DNA of 64,000 nt from Eutreptiella sp. 'Long Island Sound 2002' (GCA_964036045.1 OZ038378.1:165106001-165170000); one strand, 5' to 3'. Shown: positions 12,790 through 25,009, numbered from the stretch's first letter. The notes: generated by a model from the letters alone, not told the origin. Numbers and translations: made by a program.

Positions 12790-15700
12790 CCCGTTGAGCG
12801 AGTTTTTGCAGTTTGCTAGGAACAGTATTGAGGGTAAAGTTAATGAAGTGGGGGTTCAACAAGGATCAAATAGAGTACTTGGGTTCGGATCATCCATGCC
12901 GATCCTGGTGGCACAGAGATTGCACACGGAGATGATTTAACAAGTGAGACTAGAACAGAGCGCTTTCATGCTTTTGCTCCCAACATTTGTGCATGCTGCA
13001 CGCCCTTTTCCTTGTTTAATTTCAGATTTGAAAGTGACTGATTGAAAATGGAACAACTTTGGCTGATTTCCATTTATCTGTTGCCCGAAATCTTGTAGCA
13101 CATCTACACACGACAATAAACGGGGTAAATACCGTCCCAAGTTTGCTGTCGTTGGACCCAGTGTCATCGTGTACCATGCACATTTTTTGACTTCGTTTGG
13201 CTTCATTTGATTTCAAACTTTGCACTTGGTGCCGATGCATCAATCAATTTTCATAACTGGGTTGGAGTAGATGCCCCCTCCGGAGTCATCCATTGGGGAC
13301 TAGGCAACCTGATCCACAGCGGATTGGAGGTCCCAAACCCCCTTGGTTAGGTGGCCCACTTGAGCTGCTTGCCTCTATCTTCGCGGCAGTGATAGCACAG
13401 CATAGTGCATAGCGAAGATGAAACAATTTCAACTCGGCCACAAATCATGGTCTTTCCGGAAGGACTAGTACACGGTCACCATTTGACAAACAATGCATCG
13501 CACCCGCAGAACATGCACCAATATGCCCACATTGCTCCTGTTTTCGTTTGTGTGTGAAACCTGAGATGGTTGATTGGATGCAACGTCTTTGCCCCCCCAC
13601 GGCCACGTGGTTGCCGGTGTTGTTGGGGGTGCCGGTGTCGGCCGTGGTGCCCGTGTCCACAACGGCACCCGTGTTGGTGGCACCTTCTTTAAAGATGAAC
13701 TCGACAATGTGCAACCACCTCTAGCTCTTTCTCCCCCCTTGCATGTTCTGCCTCCTCCTCCGCCTAATGACGGCATACTTCCTGTTCAACATGGGTCGTG
13801 ACCTTCTCAGCCTGCTGTGCAATCCACTTGGTGGTTTGCATGTACTGGAACATCTCTACATGATTCTTCGTGATTCCCAGTGGCTCCACCCAATGAGTTG
13901 CCGGGATGCCGTCTCCCCGGACGTGTAATGGAGGTGGCGGCAACCACAACTTGGTTGTAGCAAGGTAACAACCCTCTCCCTAGCAATACCTCCGTCAGGC
14001 TGGTAAGCCGGTGAGCCGAATCTCAGAACACCTTTGGCGGCCGTGTTGTAGCTCCTCTTCAACTACCCTAATGTTGTGCTACGGGGCTCACTCTCCGTCC
14101 ATTGTGACTACTTGGAGGCCAAGAAGTAGTGCCACGAGCCCCTAAGGAATTCATAACGTTTATTGAAGTGTGTTTTCTGTTTTCTCCTCAGAGCACCCAA
14201 TCCGTAAGGCGGCAATGAGTGCTATTTGCCTTGGGGTGGACCACAGAGGCAATTCCTCACATGCCTCCCTAGAGCCCGGAATGTTGTTCCCCACTCCTCC
14301 AACACGGCATTCATCCATGTTTCCTCCTTGGAGTGATCCTCCCCATCCAACTCCACTTTCCTCCATTTTTTGAAGCCTGTTCCTCCCCTAGTTGTGGCTC
14401 TTGCTTCACCTCAACAAATTACAGAGGACTTCTTCTTGCCCACCGCCTTTGGCTTTGGCTTGGTCTTTACTTTTTTTTAGTGTTCTTGACAACCCACTGG
14501 ATTTTACCTCATCTTGCTCGACATTCACATCACTTTTGGCTTATGTTCCTCTTCAAGGCTGGTGTCATAGGATCCTCATTATAATGAGTTGCGTCCGAGA
14601 CCTCCTGGTGCGGGTTCTTGTGTATCTTCCACTGTGCGACCCCTTGAGGAGGATAACCACGTTGTCATTGTTCTTGAGCTTCCACCGCTACAATGGGATC
14701 ACAGCATCTCCCTTGTTCACGCCTGGTATCTTCTTGCCTTGACCCAACATTGGCATAGCAAAGAAGCTGACAGAGCAAGGGAGGTGCGGTGGAGGGCAGT
14801 GCAGTGGGGCGGTTCCCAAACACTGGCCTGAGTGGTCCCCACAAAGCAAAACGACAAAATGGTGCACAGAACATTATTTTCAAAAGACCGCTCTCACAAG
14901 TCTGTGCAAACCATCCAGACCCTTTCATTTTATCCTTGTTTCCTACGTTTCCTACGTAAGGTGCAACATTGCTTTACAACCCCTACAACGCACTAGAATA
15001 CAGATTCTGAGTGTGTGTGTGCCGAGTGGTTGTGTGCATGCATCAGTGGGCGGGCAAATGGAGGAGGGTAGATGTGTGCCACGAAGTGCTCCAAAGTGTC
15101 GCCAAGTGGCACAAAGCAGCGGGAAAACAAAGATGGTCTGAGCGATTTTTCAAACTGGTCTTCTTGCATTTCTCTAAAGCCTTGTTGAATCACACATAAA
15201 CACCAAAACCGTAGCGACCTTGACACATTTTTCATGGTTACTTTTTAATGCATCTCAATGGCATGCTAGGCATCCATCTGAACCACCACCAGGGTGTCCT
15301 TCGTTACCGGCTGTGCTTTTTGAGGCGCAAATAGCAGACTTTACTTGGGTTCCACGGCAGAGCGCATTTAGGCCTGTACAGCACTCGCACCTATTACCCC
15401 TCCCGGAATCGCAATCGGCAGTTCTAATAAACCTACCGCCTTTTTCCTTCATGGTGTTCCCAGCATCCGTGCCTATGGTTGTGCATGTGTTCTCCTTTGT
15501 GTCTTCTGCATCTTGTTGGGTTCTTTAGATCCCTTTCTATGTGTGGTTTTCTGTGGCCTATACGTTATTTGTTCCCGCATGTTCTTTTTGTTGGACGTGG
15601 GTTCATTTTCCTTGGTCGTAGTGCTGAGCCATCCACTAGCATCTCCTCCTATGGCCGTGAGTGCAAATGACATAGGGATCAGACATGCATGCCCCCCCCC

Positions 15701-16909
15701 CCAAAAAAAACACCATTACCTTTCTGCCTTGGCACACATTGAATGCGCACTCTTCAATTGAAACCAAGATAGAAGATATAGAGGTAAGGCTAAATGAGTG
15801 CCATGCTTGCAGCCAACATTGGAGGCCGTAGGTGGACCGTGCTATACGCACACCCCTGGCATCATTGGTGCCTAGCCCGATGTGCATCTTGAACTTGAAC
15901 TTGAACATGTTGTAGCATGCAATGTAGTGGAAACCCCCAAGAAGGGAACGCTTTGCTTGTGTGGTATCCACATCACACTGATGGGCTCATGGCCGGAATG
16001 GCCTCAGCAGGGGCTTTCAGTCGATCACACTGACCATTTGGTCCCTTAGTCGGCAAAGCAAAGCCCAAGTTGCATCAGCAGTTTTAGTTTTGGCACAAGG
16101 GGATTGGCCATGACGACCAGACAGTGACCGAAAGCTTACCCGGCAACCTTGGGTTTAAATTGGGCAGGGGGGTGGGAGGAGGACACCTGCTCTTTGACCT
16201 GTAGTGTTTGTTGCCGTGTGTCATTGCCGGCGACATGGGCGATGCCGGCACATGGTCACCCGACACTTCATTGTTTTGCCAGAAGATGACGGCCTGTGTT
16301 GTTGTGTAGCACGTGAAGCTGCTCGCAGGGGTGTGTGGGAATGTGGAGTGTGCTTGCGGAGACCAAAGTGCACGGTGGGTGTACCCAAAGGAGGGAAAAC
16401 CAATTTAAACTTGCATTTACCTTCATGTATTCTGCTGGGCATCCGCTTGACCGCTGCTGCTGTGCACATACGTGCACATACTGTGGCCTCCATCATCCAG
16501 CCTCAGGGAACCAGATTGGTTAGACAGGGGCTGCTTTCGGTTGGCCGAGTAAAACCCCGTCTGATGTTGGCCTGACCTGGGGTGTGCTTGCGCAGGGGAG
16601 CCAGGAGCGTGGCAGGGCTGCAGCCTGAGGAGGGCCCAAAGCGAGGGTCAAGTGTGCTTGTAAACCGGTTCGGGTGCATTTGTTGGTGAGCGCAAACCCG
16701 TGCAAGGGCTGTTGGGGGCGGACAGCAGCAGTTGGCAGTGCTGTCTGTCCCTCCAAGACGGGATGGGGGCTGATGCCCCGAATCCCGCGCTGAAGCTCAA
16801 GCCTGGGGCAGGGCATGTCTCACGTGTGTCTTGTTGTGTCTCACTGTTTACAGATCTTGTGACGCATGGGAGCTCCGCAATTCCCCATGATTTTCCAAGG
16901 CTGTGCGCG

Positions 16910-18457
16910 ATGATCCCCTTCTTCATTCCATGGCTGGTTCTGGGGTGTGTGGTGCTGATTGTCGTGGGAGGATTGTGGAAGTTCGTAGTGTTCTTCAGGG
17001 ACATGCGCGTGAAGAGCACATTGTCCACGCTGACCTCGGTCTCGGGGTTAGCACTGGGCTTTATATGTCTTCTGATCATCCCCATCGACATCCTCAACGC
17101 CGCTCATGAGGGCCGCGAGGCCTACTCTCAGAACGCGGAGGTGATCAAGCTGACGTATTACGCGTGCTATGGGCTGCTGCTCGGCTTCAACTTCGTGTTG
17201 GTGCCATTCGCGTATTTCTACTGCGAAGAAGAGAGGCTTGAGGACGAACCGGACAACAGACTGACCACGAGTCTGAAATATACCGCCGTCTCATTGCTCG
17301 TGGTGCTGGGGGTCGTGGCCATTGCAACGGTGCTTGCCTTCCGCTCCAGTGAACCGGCAGCTGACCTCGACTCGTGGGCCCAGCAGATCCGGGAGGCCAC
17401 AGATGGGGGCCAGAAGGCGGTGCAGGTCCTTATTGGCATGATGGCCTTGCTGGGCCTTGCGGGCTGGCTGCTGTATGCCGCGTTCGGGATGGCGTACCTG
17501 CCCCTGGCCCTGTGGAAGGGGGGCGCTGCAAGGGACGTGGGCAGCGCTGTAGAGTCGTCCCTGGCCGATGTCGAGGACGGAATCCGTGAGATCGAGGCCA
17601 AAGGGCTCCTCACGGGGGTGCGGCCGGGCAAAGAGGACCAGGCGAGGCTGGACGTCCTGAGGGCCCAGCAAAGGCGCTTCGAGCGGCGTCGCAGGATGGC
17701 CTCAAGGCTCAGTGATGAGTCGGTTGCCTGGGGCCGGGACGCCTGGGCCCCGGTGCTGCGGCTCGTCGCAGTGGTCGTCGGGGGCATGGTGCTGGTGCTG
17801 GTCCTCTCCATTTTGCTGTCGGCCCTGACCCGCGGCGTCCCCCTCGCGGCCGGGAACGGCCTCGTGGTCTTTGGCAGGGACCTCCCCAATCCACTGGACA
17901 CGCTGCTCGTGGTCAGCAGCCGCGCCTTCCCGTTGGATTGTATCTTGCTTTGCTGCATGCTCCTGGTCGTGTTCGCCTCTGCGCTGGCCGCGGTTACCAG
18001 ATTGGGCGTGTGGTTCATGTGGCTGCGCTTGTACAAACTGCGGCGGTCCGGCACCCCGCCGCAAGGGCTGCTGCTGACGTGCGTGATCCTCACCTTCATC
18101 GTCGTCACGTTTAGTCTGTCCAGTGCCGCCATCACGCCCCAATACATTGCATTTGGCCCCCAGACCATTGTAAAGGGTGGGGCGGAGTACGACTGCAAGT
18201 TTGAAGACGCGTGCTCGGGGGCTGATTGTGATGACTGTCGGCTGACTCAGTTGGCTGCTCTTGTCAATGCTGTCGCGCGGGCGTTCCCAATCTTCGACAT
18301 GGCGTATTGCTGGTCTCAGTGGGGCTTCTGCCTGGTGTTTCTGATCAGTGTAGTGGTGTGCATGTTGACGGACACCCCTTCTGTACTTGAGAGTGCATAC
18401 GATTCCGAAGATGAGAACTCAGAGCTGTTTTTCAGATTGCCCAGTGTGAGTCGGTAA
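16910..18457 (+). CDS. LMBR1-domain multi-pass membrane protein (LMBRD1-like lysosomal cobalamin transport escort), intronless, 515 aa
   Basis: About 9 hydrophobic segments. LMBR1-type motifs LLIIPIDIL, FVLVPFAYFYCEE, GMAYLPLAL, FPLDCIL, PQYIAFGPQ, cysteine loop and C-terminal acidic tail. The upstream part of the 585-aa ORF is not protein-like. Confidence 0.85.
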   Translation: MIPFFIPWLVLGCVVLIVVGGLWKFVVFFRDMRVKSTLSTLTSVSGLALGFICLLIIPIDILNAAHEGREAYSQNAEVIKLTYYACYGLLLGFNFVLVPFAYFYCEEERLEDEPDNRLTTSLKYTAVSLLVVLGVVAIATVLAFRSSEPAADLDSWAQQIREATDGGQKAVQVLIGMMALLGLAGWLLYAAFGMAYLPLALWKGGAARDVGSAVESSLADVEDGIREIEAKGLLTGVRPGKEDQARLDVLRAQQRRFERRRRMASRLSDESVAWGRDAWAPVLRLVAVVVGGMVLVLVLSILLSALTRGVPLAAGNGLVVFGRDLPNPLDTLLVVSSRAFPLDCILLCCMLLVVFASALAAVTRLGVWFMWLRLYKLRRSGTPPQGLLLTCVILTFIVVTFSLSSAAITPQYIAFGPQTIVKGGAEYDCKFEDACSGADCDDCRLTQLAALVNAVARAFPIFDMAYCWSQWGFCLVFLISVVVCMLTDTPSVLESAYDSEDENSELFFRLPSVSR

Positions 18458-18741
18458 AGCCCATACCACCTCGGCAACAATCAGAAAGGGAGCGGATGCG
18501 CAGGTTGGTGTGTGAGGGAATGTCTGCCCTGCACGCGGGTGAGAGGGATATTAGTAACACGTGCGAAGGGCGACTACTAGCGCATTTCTTGCCTCAGATT
18601 CGCGAATCTAAGTTATCTAAACCAAGAAACCATACAAATCTGCCCACTCTGACCCGGATTACTACTGCTGCTGTAACCTGCCCACAGGATCACAGTTTGT
18701 GGCTGCCATCGGCGGTTTCATCCAGATACAGGGGGGGGGGG

Positions 18742-18848
18742 ATTTCGCAGCGGGATTATTTCGCCGTGGGATATTTCGTATTTCAAATTCGTGCGAAATT
18801 TCCCACGTAATTTTCAGGTCGCTGTGCGAAATAAACCCGCTGCGAAAT
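18742..18848. repeat. 23-bp inverted repeat pair (1 mismatch) with 61-bp spacer
   Basis: ATTTCGCAGCGGGATTATTTCGC (18742-18764) versus GCGAAATAAACCCGCTGCGAAAT (18826-18848). Confidence 0.85.
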
Positions 18849-19503
18849 TTAGCAAAATGTCTTGTCTGTTGTGCCCTTCCACAAGAGCTGAAACAGAGAA
18901 ATGTTGCCGTCACAATCTGTCATGGGGGATCTTGTGATCGTACGTTTCTCATTGCTGTACGCAAGGTACACTTGCGAACTTTGCCTGCAGCTTGCTACAT
19001 TCTTTGCAGGGATGGAAAATAATTGACAGCAGTCTCGTCCACAGCCAACTGCCAGCAATGGCGTGCTGAACTGACTTTGCCTTCGCCATGCATTGTCAGC
19101 CACGATGTGCACGTAGACGGGACATGGTTAGCATCACATGACCTCCAAGTCATATTGTATCTGCTTAAAATCACGGGCCCAGTAAAACACATGCACCTGT
19201 GGGTATGAAGCCTCTCGCCGTTGAAACTCTCTTTTCTGCACAGTTGTCCATTTTTTTGCATACGCTGTGCAGTTTTCTCTTTGCCATGCTTCGTTTTTTG
19301 AAGCCCCAACCCCCACCCAAGGAAGTATTACAATGGCCGTACACCGTGGGACGAGGGGGGGGTCTACCCCCGCCCCCCCTCTGGTCCACACTTCATAGTG
19401 GACGACTCACTGAGACTCATGGCCCAACTGAACCACGCAAACATCATAGCAATAGAGCTGGGGTTGAGAACGTATGGACACTAACACACACAACAACACG
19501 GAA

Positions 19504-19868
19504 TACCACGCACCACAACAACCACACAGGGGCACGGAGATGTGGGGGAGACTAGAGAGTGGTAGGGCACTGACGTTGGCGGCAACTGAACCACAGTTGA
19601 TCTGGCAACTGAGGGACAGGGTCACCGATGGCGGACATAGCCCCGTCAGGAATCGGAGATTGGGACTGATTTGGTTGTCAGTGCTGTACCACACACCACA
19701 ACAACCACATAGGGGCAAGGAGATGTGGGGGAGACTAGAAAGTGGTAGGGCACTGACGTTGGCGGTGACCAAACCATATGTGATCCGGCAACTGAGGGAC
19801 AGGGTCACCGATGGCGGATGCAGCCCCGTCAGGAGTCGGGGATTGGGACTGATTTGGTTGCCAATGCC
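19504..19868. repeat. Tandem duplication, two ~183-bp units
   Basis: TACCAC...GGAGACTAGA...GGGACTGATTTGGTTG repeated with a 183-bp period. Confidence 0.9.
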
Positions 19869-21842
19869 GCAAGAAACCACACCACCAACTGCAACGCAGG
19901 CACCACTCAGAATGGACAAATCCCCCCCCCCCCCCGGCCAGGTGCCTACCCGTGCAGGCATCAAGACAATTAAAGCAAGCGGTACAAGGAGCAACGCCAG
20001 TGGGGGCATGTGGTTGTGGGCTCAAAGATGGGCCCCTGCAGTGGATTGTATTCACCATGCTCTAGTAGGGCCGGTTGATGGGTATTGTGTTCTGGCATCT
20101 GCATGAAGGTGCTCGGTTTCTGGTGTAAGTGCCGGAAGGAACAGTGCGGGCATGCCACAAGGCGTAGAGGCTAATGGGTCCAGCGTGGGTGACACCTGGG
20201 GTGCGTGGTTCATGGCTAACCGTCGCCTATGGGAGGGGGATGAGCTTACCTAGACGGCCCAAGAAACATTCGATAGCCGTCTTGTGTGGTGACAAGGCAA
20301 CATTCGGAGCTGATCTGGTTCGCGCTGCGATGCGGCAAGGCGAAACAATGTACTGTGATTTGTGACCATGACCATATACCTGTGTCACGGGGGTGTATGT
20401 GAGTTCAGTATCCGTTGCTCACCCCAGGGCACCACACACCATTTAAAAGCCGGGAGAGTCCAACCCAACCCAACCCAACCCAACCCAACCCAACCACACC
20501 CCATTTGGCGCACTTCCCCTGGGGAGCGGCAAGGGTGGGTAGGGTCCCGGGGTCCGCTTGCACACGTTGCGCTATGGACAGCGCTGTGGAACAGTTGGCA
20601 TTTATCAAGAGATAGTGTGACAATGCAATGGGTCCCCTCCCATGTGGGTGTGTAAGGTAATGAGCGCGCCGATGAAGGGGCGGTGAAGGGGTCTGCACAC
20701 GCGTATCGAGCAGTGCTTCGTGATAGGGAGGTCAGGGACATATGGAGTGACTTAGGCCTCGAAGAGATGGAAGACCCCAGTGGCGATAATATGAGTGGGG
20801 GTCGCAGGATGGGGCAGATTCGGACACAGAGGAAGAGGAGACATGAACAGATGGCCCTGGGGGAGGGGAAGAGGATGATAGCAGTAACGAGGATTTGAGG
20901 GGTTCGCGGCTGTGTAAAAGACGCTTGACTGGGTTTTGGGGGACCAGCCTCCGAAACGTTCGATAGATTGCGGGCGAACTCAAGGCAACATTCAGTACTA
21001 GTTTGGAAGTGCTGTAGTGTAGTGCTGTGCAGCAGAACAATTGCGAGCTGTGACCAGCCGCTTGTGACACGGGGACATTTGGTAGTTTAGTATCTGTTGC
21101 TCCATGGCCCACACCACACCCCAGCGACTACCCCAACAACTCCGCCAACGCCGCAGCAACGCTGTAGAGGGCAGCCCATGCTAGCCCAGGACAGCCTAGA
21201 AAAGACACCTGGGGCACTGCGGGCCATGGGTGATGTGCCAACAGACACTTTACAGGGGAGTGGGGAGGCCGCGGACTCCTCCCTCGCCCCAACTGTGGGG
21301 ATACGTACAAAGGGGGACTAGCCCCGGTCCCGAACCCTTAGTCTGACGGCGAGCGCTACACGGATGGTCTACCACATCCGCGCCAGCTAAGGCCAACATG
21401 CCATCAAACAGCATGCAACTACGCCCTGGACAGACTGGGATATGTGGGCCGGCAGAAGTAAGTGGCCAAAACCACCAACACCAAGCACACTGACACCATG
21501 ACACCAACACCCAGGAGCCCCCTTGAGCCAGGATCTTCCTCCTCAAGGGGAAGGAGGGGATAGGGTGCGATGAACCCACTCCCACTCCCCGTCCCCGCCC
21601 CCTCCTCTACCCCGCCCCCACAGCAACACGCTCCCCTGCCACCCAATGCCCCCAGGGCAGAAAGAATAGGGAGGGCCCAGAGGAAACTGGGCATGGGGCA
21701 AGGGACGAACAAGGGGAGATAACAGGACAGGGCAGACCGCGCTTGCCGAAAACGGTGCAGAGTGCAGATGGAGGCGAAGGAAAGGACAAAAGGGAAAGAA
21801 TAATTGTGGTTGTTAGAAGCCCCTGTCAGGGAAAATTATCCT

Positions 21843-22120
21843 GCAGATGCACACCCCATCGCGCATAAGTCAGTGCTGGAATCGGCAAACCCAGCATGGA
21901 CTCAGGGTGTGCATCTGAATGCACCTGGTCAATGGCACGAGCAACAGCCCGTCTCCGGGACAGCCGACCCTGGAGTAGTCAAACAGGACAAGTCATCCAG
22001 GGGCTCCATTGACACAACCAAAACACGTTCGGACCTACAGAGGGTCAGAATGAGCAGTGGTGAGAGGCCAATGGGCGCCGCCAAAGGCAAACAACCTGAT
22101 ATCCAGGCCTTGTGCCAAAC
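21843..22120. repeat. Interspersed repeat family R1, copy 2
   Basis: Same length and sequence family as 1302-1579. Confidence 0.9.
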
Positions 22121-22150
22121 TCCTCCCCCCTGGACACCCCACCCCCCCAA

Positions 22151-22240
22151 GACCAAAGGGACCATTGTGGGAGAACATTTACAATTCGGAAAATCTGATC
22201 GGGCCATTTTTGGTGCACAAACCTTTGGGTTCCAGACCCC
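22151..22240. repeat. Family R3 (~95 bp, GACCAAAGGGACCAT...CCAGACCCC); other copies at 25795-25892 and 27864-27960
   Basis: Three similar copies in the window. Confidence 0.85.
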
Positions 22241-22384
22241 TCCCTTCTCCCCCTCTTCTAATACTTCCCCGTCTCCGACACACCTCCAACCACAGCCTCT
22301 TCTCCCGTGTGTCCTCTGTCGCCGGTGCCCATGCAAACCTTTGTGGCGGAAGATGCGCCGCGCGTCGCGTGAAGTGGGCCCCCA

Positions 22385-22654
22385 ATGTCGAGCGACGGGA
22401 TGTTCCATGAGCGGGAGACCGGGCTCCGGGAGGCCAGCATGACCGCGCTGACGGGGGTCGACGGGCCCGGGGCCTCGCCCACGCGGCTCTGCGACGAGCG
22501 GCACCACGTCGACGAGGACCTGTTCAAGGTGCCCCTGACCATCCGTGAGATGCTGGGGCTCTTCGCTATCAGCTTCTCGTACGGGTTCGTGTTCAACAGC
22601 CTGAACAGCATTGTCATCCCGAAGGAGATTGAGCGCCTCATGTCCGAGCACCAG
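22385..22654 (+). CDS. MFS transporter (GPH/SLC45-like) exon 1
   Basis: ATG at 22385, ...LFAISFSYGFVFNSLNSIVIP...; CAG|GTGTGG donor, phase 0, GC3 bias. Confidence 0.75.
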
Positions 22655-23879
22655 GTGTGGGTGTGGGTGTGGGGGGGATTGTGTGGGTGTGGGGGGGATG
22701 GTCCGGGTGTGGGTGTGGGTGTGGGTGTGGGTGTGGGGGTGGGGGTGGGGGGGATGGGTGTGGGTGTGGGTGTGGGGGTGGGGGTGGGGGTGGGGGTGGG
22801 GGTGGGTGTGGGGGTGGGGGTGGGGGGGATGGGTGTGGGTGAGGTGGGGTTTGGGGGGGGTGTTGGGGGGCGTGTGGTCGTGGGGTTGTGGGGGGGGAGG
22901 GTGATGCGTGTGTGTTGGGGGGGGGGGGTGGCAGGGGAGGTGGGGGGGGTGTTGATATTGATGATGTTGCCTCCCTTCTCACGCAAAAAAGGCTTCATTC
23001 ACATTGCATGTCACAGACCTTTTTGCGACAGGCGCCTAGACAATGCCTTGCCCGCAGTGCGCCCGCGGTGCAAAGTTTTGTATGTCGGCAAATACTCATT
23101 TCCCTTACCCCATTTCCCGGATAGTATGCCTGTATGCATTTTCTCTAGGGATTTCAGACATCTCAGAATCAGATTGTTCTGCTGTGTTGCTTCATCCGCA
23201 TGTGTTGCTTGATGTTTCCTCCCTCCATCTCCTCTGAGTGGTCTTTGACACGTGTGCCCACAGTGCGCCTGCAGTGTGCCCGCAGTGTGCCCGCAGTGCG
23301 CCCGCAGAGCGCCCGCAGTGGAAAGTTTGTCCCCTATGGCCGCTTCTCCCCCTCTTGTGAACTGCATGTGCTGCCTGTTGCGCTGTTGTGGCTGTTTGGT
23401 GTGGGGGGGTGTGTGTGGGTGTGGGTGTGGGAGAGTGTGTGTGGGAGGGGGGGGGGGTGCGGGGCAATGGGGGTATGTTTGGGGGTGGGGGTGGGGGTGG
23501 GGGTGGGGGTCAGTGTGGGTGTGTGTGGGGGGGGGTGGATGTGGGGGTGTGGGGGGGGGGGGTCTGGTCTGGTCTGGTGTGCCCTGCGGTATTAGGATGT
23601 GCCCCGGGGCTCGTCCCTCAGGTGTGGGTGTGTGTTGGGGGGTGTGGGTGGGGGTTTGGGGGTGTGGGGAGGTGTGGGGGTGGGTGTGGGGGTGCGGACA
23701 CGGGTGCGGACACGGGTTTGTGTGTCGGTGTGTGTGAAGGGGGCAGGTTTCTTTGCTTTGCCCCAGCACTGAACATGCTTCCATCACCCGCTTCTTCACC
23801 AGATCTAAAGACGTCTAGGACAGCTCTGCTGTTCCTGAGGAGTTTTCTTTCAACCGCTGTTCTTGTCTCGCGGTTCCCA

Positions 23880-23914
<35 letters not shown>

Positions 23915-24149
23915 TGTGGGTGTTGGTGTGGGTGTGGGGGCGGGTGCAGGGGTGGGATTAGGGATGGGTGTTGGGGCGGGGGTCTTGGGGTGGGGCCAGG
24001 CACGGGCGTGGGGATGGGCCCATTTTCCCTGTCTTCTTTGCCGATTATCCCTCTTTCCATCCTTCCGCTCCTCCCCCATCACAGCGTGCACAACCAAGTG
24101 TATCCCGCCCCCCCCCAAGATAACCGCACATCGTTCCGCTCTTCCTCAG
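22655..24149 (+). repeat. Intron 1 of the MFS gene, dominated by (GGTGTG)n/(GT)n/G-run low-complexity tracts
   Basis: Direct reading; bounded by GT and CTTCCTCAG. Confidence 0.8.
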
Positions 24150-24367
24150 TCGATGTGGCTGGGGCTGGTCATGGCTGCCGGCGCCTTCTGCCAGCTCGCG
24201 GCGCCGGTGATGGGCGCCTGGAGCGACCGGACCGGCCGGCGCATGCCCTTCCTCATCCATGGGTCCGTCATCACGATCGTGGGTCTGTCCATCTTCATCG
24301 CCATCATCAACGTCTACAGCCTCGCGCTGCTGCTCCTGGCCCACATGTGCGCCACCGTCGGGCTGAG
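24150..24367 (+). CDS. MFS transporter exon 2
   Basis: MFS motif A-like GAWSDRTGRRMPF; acceptor at 24148-24149; AG|GTTTGC donor, phase 2. Confidence 0.85.
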
Positions 24368-24535
24368 GTTTGCGACGGGTTGACCGGCGTGAGGGTCGCA
24401 ACCAGACCTTTGCTTAGGGGCTGGTTGACAGTAAAACGGGGGAAGGGTCAGAGGCCGAAAAAAAATTTGTACCCAAAATCTGATGTGGGCGGGGGTCGGC
24501 CAAAATCCCTGGGGGGGGAGGGCAATTTGAGCCTC

Positions 24536-24735
24536 NNNNNNNNNNNNNNNNNNNNNNNNNNNNNNNNNNNNNNNNNNNNNNNNNNNNNNNNNNNNNNNNN
24601 NNNNNNNNNNNNNNNNNNNNNNNNNNNNNNNNNNNNNNNNNNNNNNNNNNNNNNNNNNNNNNNNNNNNNNNNNNNNNNNNNNNNNNNNNNNNNNNNNNNN
24701 NNNNNNNNNNNNNNNNNNNNNNNNNNNNNNNNNNN
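24536..24735. other. Assembly gap (200 N)
   Basis: Run of N. Confidence 1.
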
Positions 24736-24980
24736 GAGGCGGCCACAGAAGCCGTTGGACAGGCGGTTGGAGGAGGTTGCCAAAGCGGTTGGGGGCGGTT
24801 GGAGGAGGTTGCCAAAGCGGTTGGGGGCGGTTGGAGGAGGTTGCCAAGCGGTTGGGGGCGGTTGGAGGAGGTTGCCAAAGCGGTTCGGGGCGGGTACCTT
24901 CGGGTACAAATGCCATTGAGCCTGGCACTTGCCGTTAGGGAGACAGTGGCTGGGCATAGGCTGGGCGCCCTGGGGGGTGA
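24736..24980. repeat. Family R2: ~32-bp tandem minisatellite plus tail, abutting the assembly gap
   Basis: About four tandem units of CGGTTGGAGGAGGTTGCCAAAGCGGTTGGGGG. Confidence 0.9.
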
Positions 24981-25009
24981 GGGTGCCCACCCCAATGCAT
25001 CCCCTGCAG

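Larger units (their letters stand above)
10800..13250 (-). pseudogene. Highly degenerate LINE reverse transcriptase remnant, interrupted by the 11044-12789 element
   Basis: Minus-strand peptides LLSCVDVLQDFGQQINGNQ (RT 'G..iN..K'-like) and TVPSKLQKLAQREVISFF...LRITPEG (post-RT-like). The frame is continuous across the empty site once the insert and one TSD are removed. Confidence 0.45.

Noticed and set aside
15004-15016. TTCTGAGTGT partial SL match
   Set aside because: Only 10 nt, runs into a (GT)n tract, and no downstream ORF.
15636-15971. Possible hAT dimerisation-domain relic on the minus strand
   Set aside because: Only vague similarity (SILVSIEECAF); cannot be supported without a profile search.
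16700-16909. N-terminal 70 codons of the 585-aa ORF
   Set aside because: Non-ATG start and no LMBR1-like character; ATG 16910 fits the first TM helix.
17218-18198. 326-aa minus-strand ORF (likewise 24935-25672 and 5092-5826)
   Set aside because: Antisense shadows of GC3-rich real exons, with no domain features.
22258-24118. Many P/T/H- or G/V/W-rich ORFs
   Set aside because: Produced by stop-free microsatellite in MFS intron 1.
24314-24995. ORFs spanning the N run
   Set aside because: Artefacts of translating through the assembly gap and minisatellite.
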